This document shows, piece by piece, positions 8,383 to 15,798 of a stretch of DNA of 24,000 bases. A program made the translations under genes and the position numbers. The notes under the pieces are model-generated. The model saw only the letters and a program-made list of their open reading frames with translations, was not told the DNA's origin and made no database searches. The DNA is taken from NCBI GenBank assembly GCA_964448445.1, contig CAYVAU010000012.1, positions 7,925-31,924 on the forward strand, read 5' to 3'. Within the stretch, counting starts at the first letter, position 1. The number at the start of each line of letters is the position of its first letter. This stretch comes from an uncultured Thermodesulfobacteriota bacterium (GTDB lineage: Bacteria > Desulfobacterota > B13-G15).

Positions 8383-9891
8383 ATGGAGAAATTAAAGAAT
8401 TTGCTGAAGGTCCTTGTCCTTCCTTTCCTTCGCTCCATGGGGAGGGTGGAGCTCCTTAGGGCCATAATCGATTCGATCCCCGATGGGGTTATAGCGGTGG
8501 ATAGAGAAGGGAGGGTGATCCTCTGGAACAAGGCGGTCAGTCAAATGACCGGGGTGGAGGAGAAGGAGATCTTGGGGAAGGGCGATTATGCTTATGCCGT
8601 TCCCTTTTATGGTGAAAAGAGGCCCCTCCTTGTGGACCTCATCTTGAGGGGCGAGGGGGAGTGGAGGAGGCGGTACGAGGGGTTTAAGCGGAGGGGAGAT
8701 ACCATAACCGCCGAGGGTTTTGCCCCTGCAGCCTACGGAGGGAGGGGGCTTTTCTTCTGGACCCTGGCTGCCCCCATAAGGGATGAGGAGGGGAGGATCA
8801 TAGGGGCGGTTCAGTGCATAAGGGACATAGCCGAAAGGAAGAGGATGGAGGAGGAGCTCCGCTGGAGGAGCTTCCATGATCCCTTAACCGGTGTTTACAA
8901 TCGTACCTATTTCGAAGAGGAGCTGAGGAGGCTTAAGGTCAGCCGCTCCTATCCGGTGAGCCTGATCCTCTGCGATGTGGACAACCTCAAGATGATCAAC
9001 GATTTCCTCGGCCACGACCAGGGTGACGAGGTCTTGAAGCGCATCGCAAAGGCCATATCGGACTCGGTGAGGGCATCCGATGTGGTGGCCAGGGTGGGAG
9101 GGGACGAATTCGCGGTGCTTTTGCCCCGGACCGACAGCCGGACGGCCGAACAGGTGGCCGAGCGGATCCTTAAGGCCGTAGAGAGGGAAAGGGAAAGGTC
9201 CCCCGAGCTCCCTCTGGAGCTTTCGGTGGGTTATGCCACAGCCAACGATCCCTCCAGGACCCTGGAGGACCTCTACCGTGAGGCGGATGACATGATGTAC
9301 CGCAACAAGCTCGTGAGGGGATTGAGTCCCAGGAGCTCGGTGGTGCATGTGCTCAAGGCCGCCTTGAGGGAAAAGGACTTCGCCGCCGAGGGACATATAG
9401 AGAGGGTGAAGAGGTTCAGCCTGCTGCTGGGCGAAGCCCTCGATCTCTCCCGGCCGGAGCTCGAATTGCTGGAACTCCTGGCTGAGGTCCACGACATAGG
9501 CAAGATCGGGGTCCCAGATGAGGTCCTCTTCAAACCCGGAAGGCTCACCCCGGAGGAGTGGGAGGAGGTGAGGAAGCACCCTGAGATCGGGTACCGTATT
9601 GCCCTTTCCTCTCCCGAGCTAGCGCCTGTGGCCGAGTTGATCCTGCAACATCACGAGCGCTGGGATGGAAAGGGATATCCGCAGGGTCTTAAGGGAGAGG
9701 GGATAAACCTTTTGAGCCGCATAGTCGCCATAGCCGATGCCTTTGACGCCATGACCTCGGACAGGCCCTACCGTCGGGCCCTCTCCTGGCAGGAGGCCCT
9801 CGAGGAACTGAAGAAGGGTGCGGGGACCCAGTTCGATCCCAAGCTTGTCGAGGTCTTCCTCTGGCTTATCGGGGGGAAGGGGGATGCGTAG
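8383..9891 (+). CDS. PAS sensor with GGDEF diguanylate cyclase and HD-GYP phosphodiesterase domains (c-di-GMP turnover)
   Basis: PAS segment: LLRAIIDSIPDGVIAVDREGRVILWN. GGDEF domain with I-site: RASD-VVAR-VGGDEF at 9070-9111. HD-GYP: HDIGKIG ... HHERWDGKGYPQGL. The start is ambiguous. ATG 8383 follows AAAGGAA, while the ORF-track start 8332 would overlap the divergent start codon. Confidence 0.85.
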   Translation: MEKLKNLLKVLVLPFLRSMGRVELLRAIIDSIPDGVIAVDREGRVILWNKAVSQMTGVEEKEILGKGDYAYAVPFYGEKRPLLVDLILRGEGEWRRRYEGFKRRGDTITAEGFAPAAYGGRGLFFWTLAAPIRDEEGRIIGAVQCIRDIAERKRMEEELRWRSFHDPLTGVYNRTYFEEELRRLKVSRSYPVSLILCDVDNLKMINDFLGHDQGDEVLKRIAKAISDSVRASDVVARVGGDEFAVLLPRTDSRTAEQVAERILKAVERERERSPELPLELSVGYATANDPSRTLEDLYREADDMMYRNKLVRGLSPRSSVVHVLKAALREKDFAAEGHIERVKRFSLLLGEALDLSRPELELLELLAEVHDIGKIGVPDEVLFKPGRLTPEEWEEVRKHPEIGYRIALSSPELAPVAELILQHHERWDGKGYPQGLKGEGINLLSRIVAIADAFDAMTSDRPYRRALSWQEALEELKKGAGTQFDPKLVEVFLWLIGGKGDA

Positions 9892-10405
9892 CAGGGTGAC
9901 GCTTGTTACTGGAGGGGCAAGGAGCGGAAAGAGCCGCTTTGCACAGGGGCTCGCCGCCGAGTCGGACCTTCCGGTGGTTTACCTGGCCACCGCTTCAGCC
10001 GGAGACCCCGAAATGGCCCGAAGGATCGAGGAACATCGTAGGCTTAGGCCCAGCCATTGGAGGACGGTGGAGGAGGGAAAGGACATCTTGGGAACCATCA
10101 AGGGCCTCACAACTCCCCATACGGTCCTTGTGGATTGCATAACCCTTTGGATCAGCAACCTCCTGGAGGAGGGCCTCGGGGATGAGGAGATCCTCCAAAG
10201 GGCCCGCCACCTTGCCGACTTCCTCCCCTCTTCGGGACACCGTATAATTCTGGTCACCAACGAGGTCGGATGGGGAATCGTCCCCCCCTCCCCCTTGGGG
10301 AGGCGTTTCAGGGATCTTGCCGGAAGGGTAAATCAGATCCTCGCTGAGGCTTCAGATGAGGTCTTCCTCATGGTATCGGGCCTCCCCCTGAGGATAAAGC
10401 CGTGA
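9884..10405 (+). CDS. cobU: Bifunctional adenosylcobinamide kinase / adenosylcobinamide-phosphate guanylyltransferase
   Basis: ATG 9884 overlaps the upstream stop (ATGCGTAG). P-loop VTGGARSGKSRFA and the histidine-containing segment IEEHRRLRP are present. Length is 173 aa. Confidence 0.85.
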   Translation: MRSRVTLVTGGARSGKSRFAQGLAAESDLPVVYLATASAGDPEMARRIEEHRRLRPSHWRTVEEGKDILGTIKGLTTPHTVLVDCITLWISNLLEEGLGDEEILQRARHLADFLPSSGHRIILVTNEVGWGIVPPSPLGRRFRDLAGRVNQILAEASDEVFLMVSGLPLRIKP

Positions 10406-11106
10406 AGGCAGTTTTCGCGGCCTTAAGTTTCATGACCATTTTGCCCGTCCCTCCAGGAGGGGCTTTTCACAAAGCCCCCGCTTTCTTTCCCCTGGTGGGG
10501 GCCATTCTTGGAACGATCCTCTGGGCGATATCCCTCCCCTTGGGTTTGCTCTGGGGGGAGGAATTTTCCGCCTTGGGGATGGTGCTGGGGCTCTCGATCC
10601 TCACCCGGGGGCTTCATCTGGATGGCCTTGCGGATTCAGTGGATGCCCTTTTAGGCCCGAGGGAAAAGGCCCTCGAGATAATGCGCGATCCCCATATCGG
10701 GACCTTTGGAACGCTGGCCATTGTGGGGGTGATCCTGGCGAAGTTCGTCCTACTGCTGAACCTCGGGAGGGACTGGCATGCCCTTTTGCTCTTTCCGACC
10801 CTCGGAAGGATGGCAGCTCTTTTGCCCATGTACAGCCTCCCCTATCTCAGGGGAGAGGGGAAGGTCAGCCCCTTTCTGCCCATGGGAAAGGGGACCCTCG
10901 GGGTGGGCCTTCTGTTTTCGCTTGCCCTGTCGTCTTTGCTCCTTTGGCCGGTAGGTGTTGTGGTTTTCGGTATTGTCCTTTTTTACGGCCTTGCTGTTTC
11001 CCTTTATTTGAAAAGGAGGCTCGGGGGGGTGACCGGTGATCTATTGGGCGCCACGGTTGAGACGGCCGAGGTGGTGTCCCTGATGACCCTGGGGGTATTG
11101 AGGTAG
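10402..11106 (+). CDS. cobS: Adenosylcobinamide-GDP ribazoletransferase (cobalamin synthase)
   Basis: Polytopic membrane protein. The N-terminus MKAVFAALSFMTILPVP and the segment HLDGLADSVDAL are typical of CobS. It has a 4-nt overlap with cobU. Confidence 0.85.
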   Translation: MKAVFAALSFMTILPVPPGGAFHKAPAFFPLVGAILGTILWAISLPLGLLWGEEFSALGMVLGLSILTRGLHLDGLADSVDALLGPREKALEIMRDPHIGTFGTLAIVGVILAKFVLLLNLGRDWHALLLFPTLGRMAALLPMYSLPYLRGEGKVSPFLPMGKGTLGVGLLFSLALSSLLLWPVGVVVFGIVLFYGLAVSLYLKRRLGGVTGDLLGATVETAEVVSLMTLGVLR

Positions 11107-12171
11107 ATGGTTCACGGCGGCAGGGTCTTTGAGGCATCCGAGATCACCGGTTTAGGAATCGAGGAGATCTTGGATTTTTCGGCCAATCTCAATGCCTTCC
11201 TCGATCCCTCACCCCTGTGGGATCTCCTGAAGGAGCACATCCACTGGATATCCTTCTATCCCGATGCGATGAGGGCCATAAGGGCCCTCTCGAGCTTCCT
11301 GCAGGTGCCCGAGGATAACCTCTGGGTAGGCAATGGTTCGGCCGAGTTGATCTTTTCGGTCCTCAGGGCCATCAGGCCCAAGAAGGTGCTCATACCCGTT
11401 CCGACCTTTTCCGAATACGAGAGGGCTGCCCTGGCCTCGGGCTCACAGGTGGAGTTCCTGAAACTCAGGGAAGAGGACGGCTTCAGACCATCCCTTGAGG
11501 ACCTCCTCAGGGCAGGGGAGACCTCCGAGATGTTGATCCTCTGCAACCCCAACAACCCCACGGGGGTCCTCCTCAGCCAGGAGGAACTCCTCGAGCTAAT
11601 TCGGGGGCTTAAGGAAACCTGGATCCTTGTGGATGAGGCCTTTCTGCCTTTCGTCAAACCCCAAAAGAAACCTGACCTCCGCAAGGTGGCACTGCAGCAG
11701 AGGGTGATCCTGCTTAGGTCCCTCACCAAGACCTTCGCCATCCCCGGACTGAGGCTCGGCTACCTTTTGGCTCCAAAGGGGGTGATTAGCAAAATCCGAG
11801 CCACAGCACCTCCCTGGCCCATAAATACCCTTTCCCAGCTGGTGCTCGAGCGCCTGGATGAGCTTTGGCCAATTCTCGAAAAGGGTCTTGGGGAGTTCTT
11901 CGGGGAGAGGGAGAGGTTCTTTGGGAGGCTCAGCAGTTTCCTTCTGGTCTATCCTTCTGAGGCAAATTTCTTCCTGCTCAAGGTCCAGGACCCCCAACTC
12001 CCCTCAAAGCTCATGGTCAAGGGGATCCTGATACGGGGTCCCTCGGGCTTCAGGAACCTCGGTCCAGGATATCTGCGGGTTGCCATAAGGCGTCCTTGGG
12101 AAAACGAAAGGTTGATAGGGGCACTTCAGGAGGTGATCGATGGGCCTGAAGGAGATCCTTTCGCAGATTAA
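11107..12171 (+). CDS. cobD: L-threonine-O-3-phosphate decarboxylase (CobD of Salmonella nomenclature; class I/II aminotransferase fold)
   Basis: The N-terminus MVHGGRVFE ... ILDFSANLNAF is the signature start of this family. NPNNPTG and the PLP-lysine segment RSLTKTFAIPGLRLGY are also present. Confidence 0.8.
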   Translation: MVHGGRVFEASEITGLGIEEILDFSANLNAFLDPSPLWDLLKEHIHWISFYPDAMRAIRALSSFLQVPEDNLWVGNGSAELIFSVLRAIRPKKVLIPVPTFSEYERAALASGSQVEFLKLREEDGFRPSLEDLLRAGETSEMLILCNPNNPTGVLLSQEELLELIRGLKETWILVDEAFLPFVKPQKKPDLRKVALQQRVILLRSLTKTFAIPGLRLGYLLAPKGVISKIRATAPPWPINTLSQLVLERLDELWPILEKGLGEFFGERERFFGRLSSFLLVYPSEANFFLLKVQDPQLPSKLMVKGILIRGPSGFRNLGPGYLRVAIRRPWENERLIGALQEVIDGPEGDPFAD

Positions 12172-13210
12172 GCCCCTTAATAGGGAAGCCATTCAGGAGG
12201 CCAAGAGGCGGACCGAGGATCTGCTCATGCCCCGCCTGGCCCTGGGCAGGCTTCATGAAATCTCCTGGCAGGTGGCCGGGATAACCGGGAAGATCCCCAA
12301 GGCCCTGCCTAAGAAGGTGGTCATGGTGGGTGCGGGAGATCACGGGGTGGCAGAGGAAGGGGTGAGCCTCTTTCCCCAAGAAGTGACTAGGCAGATGGTC
12401 CTTTCCTTTATCAGGGGCTGGGCAGCCATAAACGTGATCGCAAGATATGTAGGGGCAAGGGTCATCGTGGTGGACTTTGGCGTCAAGGGTCCTCCCGACC
12501 CCGAATGGATCAACGCCAGGGGGCGCTTTTATTCCATGAAGGTGAGGGAGGGAACCTCCAACATCGCCAGAGGTCCGGCCATGTCCCTGCGAGAGGCCGA
12601 AGAGGTCGTCCTTAAGGGAATCGAGGTCTTTGAGCGGGAGGCCGAAAAGGGGATCGACATCATAGCCACGGGCGACATGGGCATTGCGAATACCACCGCT
12701 TCAGCAGCAGTAATCTGCGCCATAACGGGCTTGGATCCCCACGAGGTAGTGGGGAGGGGCACAGGGCTCGATGACCGGGCCTTGGAGCACAAGATCTCGG
12801 TGGTTAAGCGGGCCCTGGAGGTCAACAGGCCCAACCCCCGCGATGCCCTCGATGTGCTGAGCAAGGTCGGTGGGCTCGAAATAGGGGGCATATGCGGGTG
12901 GATCATCGGAGGGGCAAGGGCAAGGGTCCCCGTCGTGGTCGATGGCTTCATCTCTACAGCTGGGGCCCTTTTAGCCGTAACCCTTGAGCCGAAGGTGAAG
13001 GATTACCTCTTTGCAGGCCATTGCTCCGCGGAGAAGGGCCACAGGAAGGTCCTTCAGTACCTGGGCCTTGAGCCCATTCTCGATCTGCAGATGAGGCTTG
13101 GCGAAGGAACCGGTGCGTGCCTGGCCCTGGAGATCGTGGAGGCGTCGGTGAAGATTCTGGCCGAAATGGCGACCTTCGAGGATGCTGGGGTGAGCAAGGC
13201 CCTAAAATAG
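12140..13210 (+). CDS. cobT: Nicotinate-nucleotide--dimethylbenzimidazole phosphoribosyltransferase
   Basis: Motifs LGRLHEIS, GDHGVAEEGVS, GDMGIANTTASAA and LRLGEGTGA. It has a 32-nt overlap with the preceding gene. Confidence 0.9.
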   Translation: MGLKEILSQIKPLNREAIQEAKRRTEDLLMPRLALGRLHEISWQVAGITGKIPKALPKKVVMVGAGDHGVAEEGVSLFPQEVTRQMVLSFIRGWAAINVIARYVGARVIVVDFGVKGPPDPEWINARGRFYSMKVREGTSNIARGPAMSLREAEEVVLKGIEVFEREAEKGIDIIATGDMGIANTTASAAVICAITGLDPHEVVGRGTGLDDRALEHKISVVKRALEVNRPNPRDALDVLSKVGGLEIGGICGWIIGGARARVPVVVDGFISTAGALLAVTLEPKVKDYLFAGHCSAEKGHRKVLQYLGLEPILDLQMRLGEGTGACLALEIVEASVKILAEMATFEDAGVSKALK

Positions 13211-14152
13211 CAGTGCCAACAGGGAGGCCAGGGCCAGAAATGAAAAGGATGTTCCATAACTCAACCTTATGGCCCGCAGGATGTCCTGAGGGGAAGGCTT
13301 CTCCCCGTCCCCTATGAAAGGGAGGTCGTGGACCACACCCCGATATTTCGTGGGTCCCCCGAGCCTGACTCCAAGGGCCCCGGCGAAGGCCGCTTCGGGA
13401 TAGCCTGAATTGGGGCTTGGGGTCTTATTGTGATCCCTGAGCACCACTGAAAGGGCCCCTTTAGGATCCATCCCCAAAAGGAGGGCAGAGAGGGGGACCA
13501 GAAATACGCAGAACCTTGCCGGGAGGAGATTGAAGAGGTCATCGGCCTTTGCCGAAAACCACCCAAAGGATCGATAGGGCCCGCACTTATACCCGAGCAT
13601 GGAATCGAGGGTGCTAATGGCTTTAAAGGCCATGGCCAGGGGTGCCCCTCCCAGCATGGCGTAGAACAAGGGCGTCAGAACTCCATCTACGGTGTTTTCG
13701 GCCACCGACTCAACGTCACCTCTGCACACCTCCCTTGGAGGGAGGTCATCGGTATCCCGGGATACAATCCTGGAGAGCCTTTCTCTGGCCTTCGGGAGGT
13801 CCCCTTCCTTTAAAGCGTCATAGACCCCCCTTGCCTCTCGATCCAAATCCCTCAGGGCCAGGGTGGTCCAGAGCAACACCACCTCCACTGCAGCCCCAAA
13901 CCCGGGAGAGATCCCCGCACACCCCCTGATCAATGCCCAGCTCCCGAAAAAGGAGAACCCAACAACTAGGATCCATAAGATGGCCCCTCCCATACGGCTT
14001 GGCATTGCAGGCAAAAGGAGGCTTTCAAGCCCCTTGGTAAGCCACCCCATAATCCTCACGGGATGGGGGAACCACCTCGGGTCGCCCAGGATCAGATCCA
14101 AGCCAAAGGCGAGGACCACAAGATGCCACTTCCCCAAGAACTCAATTCCCAA
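13202..14152 (-). CDS. cbiB: Adenosylcobinamide-phosphate synthase (CbiB/CobD membrane protein)
   Basis: Segments LDLILGDPRWFPHPVRIMG, SRDTDDL and NSGYPEAAFAGALGVRLGG. The ORF-track start at 14152 is TTG, so the exact start is uncertain. It is convergent with cobT, with a 9-nt overlap. Confidence 0.85.
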   Translation of the reverse strand: MGIEFLGKWHLVVLAFGLDLILGDPRWFPHPVRIMGWLTKGLESLLLPAMPSRMGGAILWILVVGFSFFGSWALIRGCAGISPGFGAAVEVVLLWTTLALRDLDREARGVYDALKEGDLPKARERLSRIVSRDTDDLPPREVCRGDVESVAENTVDGVLTPLFYAMLGGAPLAMAFKAISTLDSMLGYKCGPYRSFGWFSAKADDLFNLLPARFCVFLVPLSALLLGMDPKGALSVVLRDHNKTPSPNSGYPEAAFAGALGVRLGGPTKYRGVVHDLPFIGDGEKPSPQDILRAIRLSYGTSFSFLALASLLALLF

Positions 14153-14176
14153 TTTTTCAAACTCTATTTTGAAAAA
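14153..14176. promoter_or_regulatory. Perfect 9-bp inverted repeat TTTTTCAAA-ctctat-TTTGAAAAA in the cbiB/luxR divergent intergenic region. It is a candidate operator.
   Basis: Read directly: 14153-14161 and 14168-14176 are exact reverse complements. The repeat abuts the cbiB start. Confidence 0.3.
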
Positions 14177-14189
14177 TCCCGCGTTTAAC

Positions 14190-14218
14190 TTGACATTGTT
14201 TGAATTCCGGAAAACAAT
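14190..14218 (+). promoter_or_regulatory. Candidate sigma70-type promoter (TTGACA, 17-nt spacer, AACAAT) for the LuxR-family gene. It implies a leaderless or near-leaderless mRNA.
   Basis: TTGACA at 14190-14195 and AACAAT at 14213-14218. The ATG at 14225 has no Shine-Dalgarno sequence upstream (aaaacaatttctacATG). Confidence 0.3.
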
Positions 14219-14224
14219 TTCTAC

Positions 14225-14812
14225 ATGAAACTGGGTATAAAGTTAAGTAACAGGATACTGTCCCTTGCCTTGAAGGAGCTGGTGCTTTCGGCTTTGCCTT
14301 TCGGGTGGAAGGCCTATGAAGGTGATGGTGTGCCCGGGGATGTCGATGTGTTGGTTGTGGATTATCCTGTCCTTTCGTCGGGCAGGGTGTCGGCCTTCAG
14401 GGGGGCTAAGGTCTTGGTCCTTGATACAGGTCTCAGCATGGCGGAAAAAAGAGGCTGTTTTCTCCTTCATGGTGTAAAGGGAGTGGTCCAGCGGGATGCC
14501 GCTTTACCCTTGTTCATTAAGGCCTTGGACAGGGTCAATAAGGGTGAACTGTGGATCGATCAGGAGACCCTAAAGGAGGTGGTCAAGGTTTCCAGGAACG
14601 GGCGCATGGTCCCCAAGGGGGTTACACCAAGGGAAAGGGATGTTCTCTTTTTGGTCTGTAAGGGTTACACCAATAAGGAGATCGCTTCGGAACTCGGCAT
14701 CAGCCTTTCGACGGTAAAGAGCATCCTGGGGAATCTCTATCGCAAGTTCAATGTGTCGGGGCGTTCGATGCTTCAGGCCACTGTGACCCGAGGGCAGCTC
14801 CTCACCCTCTAA
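14225..14812 (+). CDS. LuxR/FixJ-family transcription regulator with an atypical (CsgD-like) receiver-like N-terminal domain
   Basis: C-terminal HTH: TPRERDVLFLVCKGYTNKEIASELGISLSTVKSILGNLYRKF. The N-terminal ~120 aa have an alternating beta/alpha pattern with VDVLVVDYPV, but no acidic pair is evident in the first strand. Confidence 0.8.
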   Translation: MKLGIKLSNRILSLALKELVLSALPFGWKAYEGDGVPGDVDVLVVDYPVLSSGRVSAFRGAKVLVLDTGLSMAEKRGCFLLHGVKGVVQRDAALPLFIKALDRVNKGELWIDQETLKEVVKVSRNGRMVPKGVTPRERDVLFLVCKGYTNKEIASELGISLSTVKSILGNLYRKFNVSGRSMLQATVTRGQLLTL

Positions 14813-15330
14813 GGGGCCTTTAAGGTGAGGGATTGGAGGTTCCTGAAGACCCCGAGGGTCAATCCCCCCATTGGATAGAGGTAAAGTTTGAGACCCGACT
14901 TTCCGGTCCCGGAGATCGTCACCCTTTGGGCCGTATCCTCTGTGATTTCGACCTGGACTCTATTGGCCTTAAAGCCCTCTATCCAGCTCCGCTTCTCCCC
15001 CTCAAGATCGTTCTGGACCAGGTAAACGGCCATATGGTAGACGGTGCAGCGGTCATCCCCTACGGAGGTGATAAGCAGGGAGTGCTGCACCTTGTCCGGT
15101 GTTTGGAAATCGACGGCGAGGCTTCCGGTTGCCCTGTCAAAGGTGGCATACCAGGGGACCCCCTTTGGGACCCTCTGATCGAGGACCAAACGGCAGAGGG
15201 GGTTCATCCCGTTAACTATCTCCGGGGAGAAGCCCTTCTCAAGGAGGGATTCCTCGGGGCCACCCCTAGCATTCCCTGAGGTCAAAAGGGAGAGAATCAG
15301 GGCAAAGAGGATGAGCCTCGCCTTTCCCAT
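14809..15330 (-). CDS. Secreted protein of unknown function (173 aa), last gene of the repeat-protein operon
   Basis: ATG at 15330 overlaps the upstream TAA (TAATG coupling). The ORF-track GTG start is at 15342. The signal peptide is MGKARLILFALILSLLTSGNA. I recognise no family. Confidence 0.6.
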   Translation of the reverse strand: MGKARLILFALILSLLTSGNARGGPEESLLEKGFSPEIVNGMNPLCRLVLDQRVPKGVPWYATFDRATGSLAVDFQTPDKVQHSLLITSVGDDRCTVYHMAVYLVQNDLEGEKRSWIEGFKANRVQVEITEDTAQRVTISGTGKSGLKLYLYPMGGLTLGVFRNLQSLTLKAP

Positions 15331-15782
15331 TACAGTCCCCACGGCAGTGACCTTATGATCTCCTCCACGCCCAGCTGCGTGACCTGGATTATGCTGATGT
15401 TGATGATTAGGTCCGTATCGATGATATTGTTGGACCCTGGAACTTGCACAATCTGGAAGACCCCCCTCGCCCCATAAAATCCTCCTACAGAGGCCTCAAT
15501 CCTCACATTGGACGGAAGGGAGGGGGCAGAGGCGGGTTCTCCTTGGGTCTCGTAGAAGGAATTCCCCAGGGTGTCCCAGTATCCCTCAAAGACGACCGAA
15601 AAGCTCATCCCCATGTACGCACCCCTCATTTCGTCCAGCTCCCCCTCGTCGACGGCCTGAGCGACCACCTCTTCTCCCAGAAAGATCGCCTCTTCAAAGA
15701 TTCGGGGGGAGGAGGCGCGAACTGAGCCAGCCACAAGCATCACCGCCAGCAATGCTCCTATGATCAACAGACAGCCTTTCAT
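15330..15782 (-). CDS. Secreted 150-aa protein carrying one degenerate copy of the N/Q/G core repeat
   Basis: ATG at 15782 follows GGAGG (gaggaaggaggtaaaaATG). The signal peptide is MKGCLLIIGALLAVMLVAGSVRA. The segment GVFQIVQVPGSNNIIDT (15414-15464) aligns to GIVNVNQSVGNMNNQAN. The 189-aa ORF-track extension overlaps the C39 gene and was discarded. Confidence 0.65.
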   Translation of the reverse strand: MKGCLLIIGALLAVMLVAGSVRASSPRIFEEAIFLGEEVVAQAVDEGELDEMRGAYMGMSFSVVFEGYWDTLGNSFYETQGEPASAPSLPSNVRIEASVGGFYGARGVFQIVQVPGSNNIIDTDLIINISIIQVTQLGVEEIIRSLPWGL

Positions 15783-15798
15783 TTTTACCTCCTTCCTC

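Noticed and set aside
9884-14224. Expected a cobalamin riboswitch associated with the cob/cbi genes
   Set aside because: cobU starts inside the stop of the preceding gene. The only free intergenic DNA, upstream of cbiB (14153-14224), is about 70 nt, far shorter than a B12 riboswitch, and I saw no B12-box-like conserved core.
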